DNA of 64,000 bases from an uncultured Parachlamydiaceae bacterium (GTDB taxonomy: Bacteria; Chlamydiota; Chlamydiia; Chlamydiales; Parachlamydiaceae): NCBI GenBank assembly GCA_963703185.1, contig OY969795.1, forward strand, positions 375,968 to 439,967. The letters are read 5' to 3'. The position numbers and the translations under genes are program-made. The notes beneath the pieces were generated by a model that saw only the letters and a list, made by a program, of their open reading frames with translations, was not told the origin of the DNA and searched no databases. Below, piece after piece: positions 8,440-18,010 of the stretch (positions within the stretch are counted from its first letter, which is position 1; each line of letters starts with the position of its first letter).

Positions 8440-10135
8440 CCTAATTTCCCTGGAAATTATACATATGTCGCCACAGTGATTATATAAGTAATTTAAAATT
8501 AGTCGTTTATTGAAGAAATATGGAAAATCTTTCTTTTAAACATATGTATAATTATACATATGATAAAGGATTTTTCAATGTCACTGGTGTATTTAAAAAA
8601 TAAGAAAAACAATGTCACGTATGTCTATGAATGCATTTCATTTTGGAATAAGGAAAAGAAATGCCCCGATAGCACTCGTACATGCATTGGCAAGCTTGAT
8701 CCAACATCTGGCGACATAACCCTCTCTAAGAAACAAATTTCATCCATTGAACCAACATTCGCTTCAATTAAGACGATAGGCGCAGCCCTGCTATTTGACT
8801 ATATCGCCAAGAAAACAGGACTAGCACCAATACTAAAACAAGTTTTTCATGAAAATTGGAATTTCATACTTTCGCTTGCATACTTTCAGGCTACAGAGGG
8901 AGAGGCTCTATCGAAAGTTGAGCATTGGAGTAAGACGCATCGACACCCTTATGATTCATTTATTGATAATCGTCGGGTCAGCGAGCTATTACCATCAATA
9001 AGCGAAGAGAAGCAACTTGAATTTTTCAAAAAATGGGCGGAAAAACGTTTAGAAGAAGAATATCTAGCCTACGACATCACTTCAGTGTCCTCATACTCGG
9101 AACTCAATGATATGGCGCGTTATGGATATAACCGAGATGGCGAAAGCCTTCCACAGATTAATATTGCTATGCTTTTCGGAGAAAAAACGCGCCTACCCGT
9201 TTACTTTAAATGCCTTCCAGGAAGCATTAAAGATGTCAGTACTCTACAAAACTTTTTAACAACAGCCGCCATCTTACATATGGGGAAACTCCGTCTTGTT
9301 ATGGACAAAGGCTTCTATAGTCGCAAGAATGTAAATGGTTTGTTTGATAGGCGCATGAAGTTTACTATTGCCGTTCCTTTTAGCAGTACATTTGCGAAGG
9401 AACAAGTGGAAAAAGTACGCAGCACTATTACAGACCATGATAACTTTATCCAAGTGAATGATCAAAATTTATTTTGTGTTTCATTTCTTAATAAGTGGGA
9501 GGAAAAAAAACGAATCTATGTGCATGTTTTTTATAACGCATCGACAGCAGCAGCCGATTATGAAGCATTCTTAAACAAGATGCATCTTTGGGAAAATGAG
9601 CTTAAAAGTGGCCGACCAGTAGAAGATCATCAACAATATTATGCTAAATATTTTTCAATTCACAAAACACCAAAACGTGGCCTTAAAATTTCTTATAATC
9701 AACCCGCAATTGAAGCTTACAAAAAGAACACCGCTGGTTATTTGGTTTTAATCTCAAATGATATCAAGGACCCAATTGAGGCTCTTACAGTCTATCGAAC
9801 AAAGGACGTTGTGGAAAAGGCGTTTGACAATCTAAAGAATAGTCTCGACATGAAACGATTACGAGTACACCTCCAAGAAAACATGAAGGGCCGACTTTTT
9901 ATTCAGTTCATTGCTTTGATTCTAGTTTCCTATATTCATAAGGTTATGAGCGATAATGATTTATTTAAACTGGGTTCCATGTCTTGCTTGCTAAAAGAGC
10001 TTAATCTCTTAAACACCGTCAGCATCACGGGAACGAAGAAACTGATATTTTCTGAGCAGACCAAAAGGCAGCGAGAAATTTTTCAGGCCTTTGGCATCAA
10101 CCCCAAAACCTATGTATAATTTTCCGGGAAATAGG
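8440..10135. mobile_element. IS1634/IS4-like insertion sequence IS#3 inserted in IS66 tnpC
   Basis: Ends cctaatttccctggaaa / tttccgggaaatagg (imperfect inverted repeat). 5-bp direct repeat ATACT at 8435-8439 and 10136-10140. Confidence 0.8.
8578..10119 (+). CDS. IS1634/IS4-family DDE transposase (intact paralog of IS#2 transposase)
   Basis: ORF 8560-10119. The start at 8578 (MSLVYLKNKKNNVTYVYE) is preferred because aaagga lies 7 nt upstream and it aligns with the MTYRVHQVNKKTGIIYVYE start of the paralog. Confidence 0.85.
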   Translation: MSLVYLKNKKNNVTYVYECISFWNKEKKCPDSTRTCIGKLDPTSGDITLSKKQISSIEPTFASIKTIGAALLFDYIAKKTGLAPILKQVFHENWNFILSLAYFQATEGEALSKVEHWSKTHRHPYDSFIDNRRVSELLPSISEEKQLEFFKKWAEKRLEEEYLAYDITSVSSYSELNDMARYGYNRDGESLPQINIAMLFGEKTRLPVYFKCLPGSIKDVSTLQNFLTTAAILHMGKLRLVMDKGFYSRKNVNGLFDRRMKFTIAVPFSSTFAKEQVEKVRSTITDHDNFIQVNDQNLFCVSFLNKWEEKKRIYVHVFYNASTAAADYEAFLNKMHLWENELKSGRPVEDHQQYYAKYFSIHKTPKRGLKISYNQPAIEAYKKNTAGYLVLISNDIKDPIEALTVYRTKDVVEKAFDNLKNSLDMKRLRVHLQENMKGRLFIQFIALILVSYIHKVMSDNDLFKLGSMSCLLKELNLLNTVSITGTKKLIFSEQTKRQREIFQAFGINPKTYV

Positions 10136-11667
10136 ATACTCATGAGAATGTCTCCGATTTTTGCTCCGGTTTCATTGCGATAAAAATAAGCATTTTTTCG
10201 ATTTCGGACTGATTGTTTTATCAGTCGCTCAGTAGCGTTGTTGTCGATGGGCACACCGGGCATCCGCAAAAATAAAGTCAACTCTTCCCAATGGTTATTC
10301 AAATAAGCTATTGCTTTTCCCATGCTGCTGTTCGGTTCGATTTCTTTCTGTTTTATGAGGGCGTCGCAAAAATTTTTCATTTGTTGCATTGCAGGAGCAC
10401 TATGATCTTGATGCCATTTTAACCTTAATAGAGGTTCTGATGGCGCCAATCGCTCATTCACAAATACAGTAGAGTACCACCCGATTATTTTGACCACTAT
10501 CTTGGGCCAGGTTGTAACGAGTTCATAAAACTTTCGGCGGGAATGGGCATTGCAATTAGAGAGATTCGTATCATGATGTTCCGGGACGTTATGCCCACCA
10601 TCGCATTGTTGAATGGGAACCGATAATCCTTTCGGTCGCTTATTCAGCAGATCATCAAGATTTTCTCCAGCATGTTTGACTCCAGTGAAAAACAAGGCGA
10701 TTTTTACATTTATATTTTGCAAGACTCCAAGAATAGCGGTTGTAAAAATGCCTGTACGTTCATCTTCATCTGAAGTCCCCTTTCGTTCCTCCCGGTCCTT
10801 CATAACGCTAAGAATGCGTGCTTTTGTATCATCATTTTGCACCAGTTCTGCTGCTGACGCATGTTCACACATGACCGCATAAATAGGCTGCACCGCATCA
10901 GCAACATCTTCTGTCATTTCCCAAATTTCAGAAGGTGAGATAGGCGTGCCTAAAATCTCCTGGAGCTGCCCTTGGCGATAAAAAGGGACCCCGCCTCTAT
11001 ATTTTAGCAGACACACAATAGCTTTAGCACTGTTGTCAGCTCTTGACTCCGTTGCAACTTCTGGAGGAAGGTTTGCGGTAAATACTTTACCGCAAACAGC
11101 ACACCTGAGTCGTTCGGGTCGATAAATCTCCATTTGCAACCAAGGTTGGCCTACGACTCGAAGAACAGTTCCTGCAGAGAGATTAAACAATTTACCTTTG
11201 TCACAAGAAGGGCAAAGACTGCCTTTTTTTATGAATTCATGGGCGATATCAATAACCTTAGCTTGAGTGTAATCCGATGCAGGACGATGTCCATGCTTCC
11301 CTTTTTTCTCGGGAGGATTTTTTTTTGTGGATGCATTTGGATCTCCGGCTTCCTCACCATCCTGATCTGGCTCTGATTGTTCATCAGTTTGATCTGAGGC
11401 GGCCGTTGCCGCCTCATCTTCAGCAGCCTGTGCTTGTGCCAGCAACTTCGCAAGGTTCTTGGCGCTCTCTGTTTTGATCCCAAAGATGGATCGAAGTCGT
11501 TGGATAGATAATCGCTTTTCCTGAAGGGAAAAATTCATCCAGACAATCGCTTTTATAAGATTAGCAAGAACTGGATAATCTTCTTTGACTAAAGCCTGTT
11601 TGTCCAAGCGCTCAATGAGCGTCTCGATTTGTTCTGGAGTAAAGTCGAGATGTGCCGGGGCTTTCAT
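10136..11667 (-). pseudogene. tnpC: IS66 TnpC 5' portion (copy B), interrupted by IS#3
   Basis: Same frame as feature 1-1487. The ORF-track entry 10009-11934 is a chimeric read-through at both ends. Confidence 0.85.
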
Positions 11668-11716
11668 TTGTGGTCTTATAAAAAAATAAAAGTTGCATTC
11701 TGAAGTAATTAAAATT

Positions 11717-11983
11717 TTATTGCACACAGATTTTTTTCCAATTATCAGAAAATTGAGCTGATTCGGGATTCCCATTCCACAGAAGAGTTTGCAGATACCT
11801 TGCATCAACGGCAGATGAATCGGTAGGCCACCATCGAAAAGTTCCCTTTGAAAGTCGTTTAGTGCAGAGCCAAAAGCCTTGACCATCGTATACCAATAGG
11901 CGGATAGTTGTTCTCCCTCGGTTACGGAATACAAATACCGTACCTTGAAATGGATCTTGATCGAGTATATTCCTGCAAACGGC
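11717..11983 (-). pseudogene. tnpB: IS66 TnpB C-terminal fragment, copy B
   Basis: Identical to 1537-1803. Hand-translated Orf2 signature DPFQGTVFVFRNRGRTTIRLLVYDGQGFWLCTKRL. Confidence 0.75.
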
Positions 11984-13983
11984 AGCTAGCGTAAGTTTAT
12001 TTCACGAAGCGAAATTTCTATCAACTTAAAATTTTTAAATTTCTTTATTTTAATGTCTTACGGCATTTTTGTTGTCTAAAAAAACGTATACTATGAAATA
12101 TAGTATTAATATGTTGATTTAAATGATAGCTTAGAATATATTTTTAATTTGTGTATACTAAATTTACGAGATAATAATGGCATCAATACAGTCAAGAATG
12201 TGTCGTGGGCATAAATATTGGTATATTGTCGAGTCAAGAAGGATTAATGGAAAACCTCGACCGATTGTAATTGAAAGTTTGGGTACGACGGCCAACTTAA
12301 TTGCCCGTCTCCAAGGTGAAAAATCGCAAAACGGATTCAAACCGTACTCACATGGTGCGGTTGCAACACTTCTTGTTCTCGCTAAAAAGCTTGATATCGT
12401 GTCTATTATCAATAAACACACTCTCGCGAATCGAAAATATTGGCCCAAGCAACCTATTCGCAATGATTTAACAGCAGGTATTACACTTCTTCTTGCAGCT
12501 GTCGGTAGAATTTGCATGCCAACCAGTAAACGAGGCTGGCACGATTGGGCTAAAACGACATCCTGCGATTATTTGCTAAGAATTTCTTCAGCAAAACTGG
12601 ATAGTCAACATTTTTGGGATTTAATGGATTGTATTCCGGTAGAAGCCATAGCTAAAATTGAGCTTGAAATTTTACAAAATGTTTTTCATCACTATCCTAT
12701 CAAAGGGGGAACGCTGTTATATGACACAACAAATTTCTATACATTTATCAATTCGACTAATGATCATTGCAGTATTCCTAAGAGAGGGAAAAACAAGCAA
12801 AAACGTGGAGACCTTCGTCAGGTAGGTTTAGCCCTTGCTGTTACAGAAGAGTATTACACCCCTCTTTTACATCACTCGTATCATGGAAATATTAACGACT
12901 GTAAAGTGTTTGGAGAAATAATTTCCTCGATCAAGATCAGAATGGAGTTGCTCAAAATAGATACACGCGAACATACCATTGTTTTTGATCGTGGTTGTAA
13001 TTCAAAAAAAAATCTCGAACAAATTAATGATCTTAACTTGCACTATATTGGAGCCCTTACTCCATCTCACCATAAAGACCTTTTAAAAAGAGCGGAAGGT
13101 AAGTTTATTGCTACTCAGGTTGGGGATAATGAACTTGAGATCTACCGTGAAAAACGAGATGTTTGGGGTGAAGAACGGACTGTTTTAGTTTTTGTCAGCC
13201 AAAGACTGAAGGATGGACAGTTTAGAGGTGTTTATCAAGCATTAGAGAAAAAAGAAAAACGTCTTAAAGAGATTCAAAAAGGTCTTTTAAGTCCAAGATC
13301 CAGAAAACGAACAAAGGATCAGTTAGAAAACCTAATGCAGAAACTTCTCAAGGGACAGTTCATGGATGGGTTAATAACTTATAACCTTGAGGAAAGAAGT
13401 CCTAGGCGCTGGAATATGACTTATCAAATAAGTGAAGACAAACTTGCTGATCTGGATGAGCGACTCGGATATCGCATTGTTATGACTAATCGTCATGACT
13501 GGGGCAGTGAAAAGATTATAAAGGCATTTTACGATCAATCAATTGTAGAAGGTGCTTTTAAAAATTTGAAAAACCCATATCACTTAGCGGTGACACCAGG
13601 ATTTCATTGGACGGATCAGAAATTAAGAATTCATTACATGATCTGTGTAATCGGATATCTTTTGGCTGCATTAGTTTGGTATGACGCTAAAAAAGCCGGT
13701 ATTAACACAACCTTGGATACTTTGCTTGATTCATTAAATGGCATTCATCTTGGAAGATTCGTTGACATGACAGGAAAACAGGGAAGGCCAAAAGTAACAT
13801 ATCGTTTAGAAGATCTATCAGAAGAACAAAAGGTTCTTGTCGACTTATTCAACCTATCAGAAATTCATCTCAAGCCACTCAAGATTGATGGCGTCAGTGT
13901 ATACAAATAAAAACAACTCTAAAGAACTAACTTCAAATGACTAGCGTAAGTTTATTTCGCTTCGCGAAATAAACTTACGCTAG
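11984..13983. mobile_element. IS1634/IS4-like insertion sequence IS#1, copy B
   Basis: Identical to 1804-3803. 30-bp terminal inverted repeats. Removing 11984-13983 joins the tnpB pieces in frame (GIDG|AVCRN). Confidence 0.8.
12177..13910 (+). CDS. IS1634/IS4-family DDE transposase (577 aa), copy B
   Basis: Translation identical to 1997-3730. Confidence 0.85.
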   Translation: MASIQSRMCRGHKYWYIVESRRINGKPRPIVIESLGTTANLIARLQGEKSQNGFKPYSHGAVATLLVLAKKLDIVSIINKHTLANRKYWPKQPIRNDLTAGITLLLAAVGRICMPTSKRGWHDWAKTTSCDYLLRISSAKLDSQHFWDLMDCIPVEAIAKIELEILQNVFHHYPIKGGTLLYDTTNFYTFINSTNDHCSIPKRGKNKQKRGDLRQVGLALAVTEEYYTPLLHHSYHGNINDCKVFGEIISSIKIRMELLKIDTREHTIVFDRGCNSKKNLEQINDLNLHYIGALTPSHHKDLLKRAEGKFIATQVGDNELEIYREKRDVWGEERTVLVFVSQRLKDGQFRGVYQALEKKEKRLKEIQKGLLSPRSRKRTKDQLENLMQKLLKGQFMDGLITYNLEERSPRRWNMTYQISEDKLADLDERLGYRIVMTNRHDWGSEKIIKAFYDQSIVEGAFKNLKNPYHLAVTPGFHWTDQKLRIHYMICVIGYLLAALVWYDAKKAGINTTLDTLLDSLNGIHLGRFVDMTGKQGRPKVTYRLEDLSEEQKVLVDLFNLSEIHLKPLKIDGVSVYK

Positions 13984-14058
13984 GCCGTCGATGCCTTTAC
14001 GGAAGTCGACAAATTGAACACAGATAAAAATACGGGTAGACGGAGATATCTGAAGCAT
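13984..14058 (-). pseudogene. tnpB: IS66 TnpB N-terminal 25 codons, copy B
   Basis: Identical to 3804-3878. Confidence 0.7.
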
Positions 14059-14060
14059 GA

Positions 14061-14417
14061 CTACCTCCTGAATAGTTGGCAGAGGAAGTTTAAGCAAGAG
14101 AAGGATCCTTGAATTTTAGCTTGCAGCCCATCGGCAGATCTGAGTTCAATCGTCACTGTATCAGAAGCTGATTGAATTGCCGGTATGACAATCTCACGAA
14201 ATTCGAGTGTCGGCTCATTAGATTGATGGATTTTACGCTTCAAATAGACGGGATTAATCTGAAGCTGATGACAAACCTCCTTAACGGAATAGATTTTTGT
14301 TTGCTGAATAATCGAGGCCCATAATTCCTGGGGAAATTTACGTTGAGTCCTCGGGTCTTGTCTTAATCGATCAAGGGCGGATCGAATTTCTTCAATTGGG
14401 ATGAATTTAGTTTCCAT
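14061..14417 (-). CDS. tnpA: IS66-family TnpA (Orf1), copy B
   Basis: Translation identical to 3881-4237. Confidence 0.7.
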   Translation of the reverse strand: METKFIPIEEIRSALDRLRQDPRTQRKFPQELWASIIQQTKIYSVKEVCHQLQINPVYLKRKIHQSNEPTLEFREIVIPAIQSASDTVTIELRSADGLQAKIQGSFSCLNFLCQLFRR

Positions 14418-14475
14418 ACCGAATAATCTCCTTTGAGTTAAAGGAGATAAAGATACTGAATTGGATTATTCGCCG

Positions 14476-15843
14476 TTAAGCACTCTCACCGCAAGGACAC
14501 AAAAGCCTGCCGTCAACCGTTGCAGAGCTATGCATACGTAGTCGCTTCATGTCCAGCTGATTTTTAAGGTCATCAAAGCATTTCTCCACTACGTCTTTAT
14601 CTCGGTATATCTGCATAGCTTCTATTGGGGCTTTAATGCTATTAGTGAGCAATGCCTGAAATCCTGAATAGCGATTGATATACTGACTAACAGCTTGAGT
14701 GTTGTATGAAACTTGTGTACCACGCTTAGGGGTTGTTTTTATCACAAAAAAATCGTCGTAGGATTCCTGGTGTTCTTCAACTAGTTTTCCAGACTCAAGC
14801 TCCTCCCTGTATTTCACCAGTTCTGCATTAAACCGATCAACAGCCACCGCCCTAGCGTAAGCGTTGTAGTAAAGGTAAAGGTAGCAGCGACGATTTTCCT
14901 TTCCCCATGGATACAGACGAGTGTGAACATAAAGAATTTCGTCATCAAGCTTTCGATAGCCCTCGGGCCCATGAATGACTTCATGAATATCATCGATCGC
15001 ATGTTGTACCCACTTGTTATTCAAAGGAACGGACAGAATAAACTTATCTCTTGAGATAAGTAGTTCATCAACATTCTTTTTACTATAAAATCCCTTATCC
15101 ATAACATAGTGGAATGATTTCATTTCCAAAGTTTTAAAAGTCTTCAGAAGGCCGTGCAGAGTGGTGACGTCGGTGATATTTCCTGGAAGGCGTTGAAAAT
15201 ACACAGGCAAGCGTCCCTTCTGACCGAAAAGTATGGCGAGATTCAACTGTGGTAACTTCTCATTATCACGGTTGTGTCCATATTTGATGAATTCGTTAAA
15301 TTCGGAGTAGGAGGAGATAGAAGTGATGTCATAGCAGAGATAATCATCTTCCAAAACCTTCTTCATCCACTTGTTGAAGAAGGTTTGCTTTCCATCGATG
15401 CTAATTGAGCGAAGGATTTCTGTTATGCACTGACTTGTCAAAGGTACGTCGAAAGGATGTGCATGACTTTTGCACCACGTCCCGCAGTGGCTCAAAGGAC
15501 CTCCCTGGGAAACAAGATAATAAGCCATTGTTAGAATCTGTCGATACTCCTTGGGAAAGCAGGCTTTTAACATACCTTCCAAGCCTAACTGGTCGGTAAT
15601 GGTGTCAAGAATAATAGAAGACCCCACTATCTCGGCAGATGCTGTGACAATCGGATCTCTAACAGCAGCCTGTTCAGGCGCAAGACGCTTGGCTGGAATG
15701 AAATCTCCGTTAACAGGATCAAGTTTGCCAATGCAAACCTGTTTGTTACGCGCTTGTTTTTTTTCCTTATCCCAGCATGAAACAGCCTCATAAACATATA
15801 TGATGCCAGTTTTCTTGTTCACCTGATGTACTCGATAGGTCAT
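14476..15843 (-). pseudogene. Truncated IS1634-like transposase (IS#2), copy B
   Basis: Translation identical to 4296-5663. Confidence 0.8.
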
Positions 15844-15972
15844 ACGATCTCCTTTTTACATGGTTATAATTATAACTATGTAAAAAGGAAAGAACTTTAG
15901 GATTTACATTTCAAAACGTTGATATTTAGTGATTTGTATTAGACCTAGTTATAATTCTCACGGGAAATGAGG
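14501..15972. mobile_element. Truncated IS1634-like element IS#2, copy B
   Basis: Identical to 4321-5792. Identity with copy A stops exactly at the IS terminal repeat (15972). Confidence 0.7.
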
Positions 15973-16111
15973 TATCATCTAACGTTTTGCGGCCAAACTT
16001 AAAATCCTTTATTAAATTCAAAATCTGATTCAAGGAATAATAGGTTTCTTTTTTATAATGTTTCCATACGTCATATCCCAAACAATAACCAGCATTGTCG
16101 GAAATCTCTTC
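15973..16111 (-). pseudogene. Distal fragment of the FKBP-domain gene, between the IS#2 end and IS21
   Basis: The frame EEISDNAGYCLGYDVWKHYKKETYYSLNQILNLIKDFKFGRKTLDDT continues ...PLNQQSFE from 18917 upward once IS21 and one TCTTC copy are removed. Confidence 0.7.
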
Positions 16112-16378
16112 TGTCAACAACCACGGAAAACGACCCATTTGGCGGTCGCCTAAAATGGACCACTTGGCGGTCATCGAAAATGGACCACCTGGCGGTCACT
16201 CAAAATGACCCACCCGCGCGCCGCTAAAAACGCCCACCAAACGCTGAGTTTTTTTTGCTCAGCATTTGTCATTATTAAAATTTAAATTTTGTCAAATAAC
16301 CAGCCGCTGAAGATCTCTTCATTCGCTATAATTTTTCGACCCCATAAGTGGGTAAATTTAGCGAAAGGAAGATTAATC

Positions 16379-17995
16379 ATGACACAAGGAAGGAGAAAAT
16401 CCGTGGCTGAAAAAAGACAAATATTGATCGAACTAAAAAAAGGCAGTTCCATCAGGAAAGTAAGTTATGCGTTACGCGTTCATAGAGATATTGTGCGGTC
16501 TGTGGTCGACGTTGCCAATACCCATGGCTGGATGCACCCTGACTGCGCAATACCGACGGAAGAGGACATGCAATGCGTCATCGAGCAGAAGTATCAACCT
16601 GCACACCTGCTCGATGATTATAGGGATAATATTCGTGAGTGGCGTCAAGATGGATATTCAGGCGTAGTTATACAACGACTACTTCAGAACAATCACGACG
16701 TTTTCGTGCGCATCGGCGCCTTAAGAAGGTATTTGAACAAGCATTTTCCACAAACTATTGACCCCGTAATGGTTCGCCATACAATTCCAGGAGCTACTAT
16801 GGATGTAGATTTTGGATTTCTTGGCATGTTGTGGGATGAAAAGCTTGTAAAAATGCGAAAGGCATGGGTGTTTTCCGCTCGCCTTCGACACTCTCGAAAA
16901 ACATATCGCAAGATAGTGCCTAAACAAGATTCTCAAACATTTTTGATGTGTCATATCCATGCTTTCGAACACTTTAACGGGGTTCCTGAAGAAGTTGTTT
17001 TAGATAATCTCAAAGCAGGGGTTATCCAAAGCTCGATAGACAACGACATGCTGAACCGGTCATATTATGAATTGGCAGAGCATTATGGTTTTCGCATTTC
17101 TCCCTGCCGACCAAGAACCCCGGAACATAAAGGTGGAGTGGAAAACGACGTCAAATTCATTAAAAGGAATTTTTGGCCAGAAATTCGAGAAAAATTAAAA
17201 CAACAGCCTCGATTTTCATTTTTTCAGGCTCAAGAGGCTATTGAAAAATGGGATAATGAAATTGCCGGCGCGCGAATTTTAAGAGGTTTAAATCGTTCTC
17301 CGGAAGAAATTTTTACACATGAGGAGAAAAATTTACTCAAACCGCTTCCGAATAACAGATGGGAGTGTACTAAGTGGCTGCAATGCACTGTAGGAAGAGA
17401 TTGGAGGGTAGTCATAGACTCCAGTTATTATTCTGTTCCTTATGCTTATATTGGACAGACTGTTTATTGCCGCGTGACAAGCCAATTTGTTCACATCTAT
17501 CACGAGTGCGACAATATTGCAAAACACCCTGTCGCCAGCTCTAAAGGCGAATATCTTAAGAATGTAGATCACGCTCCGCCATTCAAAGATGCTGTGCTAA
17601 GCTGTACGAGAGAAGGACTGCTGGAAAATGCCAAAGAAATCGGGCCGAATACACATGCATTTTGTCAGCAGATGTTTTCAGATCCCCATACTGATAAGCT
17701 AAGGCCTGTCAGAAGCCTCTTAAGCCTTGTTATCAAATACGATAAGCAACGGTTGGAAAACGCCTGTGCCAGAGCGTTGTCGTATAAAAACCACTTATAC
17801 AGTAGCGTTAAAAGCATTTTAGAGAAAGGGCTTGATTTTGATGTCGAGCCCAATAGTGATGCTGACGGCTGGCAGATGGAACAGTACCGATCTGACGACA
17901 ACAAGTCTCCCCCAAATATAGAGAAGTTGAGTTTTAAGTTTGCAAGAGATCCGAAAGAATATGGTTCTAACAACAACATCAAATTAACAGCGTAA
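16379..17995 (+). CDS. istA: IS21-family transposase IstA
   Basis: The ORF 16289-17995 contains an HTH N-terminus and a DDE core (...DFGFLG..., HKGGVENDVKFIK). ATG at 16379 with gaaaggaag upstream is preferred. The earlier start lies in the terminal repeat. Confidence 0.9.
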   Translation: MTQGRRKSVAEKRQILIELKKGSSIRKVSYALRVHRDIVRSVVDVANTHGWMHPDCAIPTEEDMQCVIEQKYQPAHLLDDYRDNIREWRQDGYSGVVIQRLLQNNHDVFVRIGALRRYLNKHFPQTIDPVMVRHTIPGATMDVDFGFLGMLWDEKLVKMRKAWVFSARLRHSRKTYRKIVPKQDSQTFLMCHIHAFEHFNGVPEEVVLDNLKAGVIQSSIDNDMLNRSYYELAEHYGFRISPCRPRTPEHKGGVENDVKFIKRNFWPEIREKLKQQPRFSFFQAQEAIEKWDNEIAGARILRGLNRSPEEIFTHEEKNLLKPLPNNRWECTKWLQCTVGRDWRVVIDSSYYSVPYAYIGQTVYCRVTSQFVHIYHECDNIAKHPVASSKGEYLKNVDHAPPFKDAVLSCTREGLLENAKEIGPNTHAFCQQMFSDPHTDKLRPVRSLLSLVIKYDKQRLENACARALSYKNHLYSSVKSILEKGLDFDVEPNSDADGWQMEQYRSDDNKSPPNIEKLSFKFARDPKEYGSNNNIKLTA

Positions 17996-18010
17996 ATCCA
18001 TGGAGGTCAA

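Larger units (their letters stand above)
7807..14500. mobile_element. IS66-family element (tnpA-tnpB-tnpC on minus strand) carrying two nested IS insertions
   Basis: Terminal inverted repeats: gtgtccttgcggtgagaatgcgtgaa at 7807 versus the reverse complement of 14475-14500, gtgtccttgcggtgagagtgcttaac (17/17 then partial). Complete three-gene IS66 organisation once the inserts are removed. Confidence 0.8.

Noticed and set aside
10009-11934. 641-aa ORF in the track, taken as a single transposase
   Set aside because: It is a chimera. Its first 89 codons read through the tnpB-tnpC spacer in the wrong frame. Its last about 42 codons read out of the interrupted tnpC into the inserted IS#3. The real tnpC starts at 11667 and resumes at 8439.
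15926-16174. 82-aa ORF, and the 149-aa ORF at 18802-19251, treated as independent genes
   Set aside because: Both read from the interrupted FKBP-domain gene into the IS21 terminal repeats. They are insertion artefacts, not genes.
16289-16378. Upstream start for istA at 16289
   Set aside because: It uses a non-ATG start just downstream of the terminal repeat region of IS21. The ATG at 16379 has a purine-rich SD and begins the conserved HTH region.
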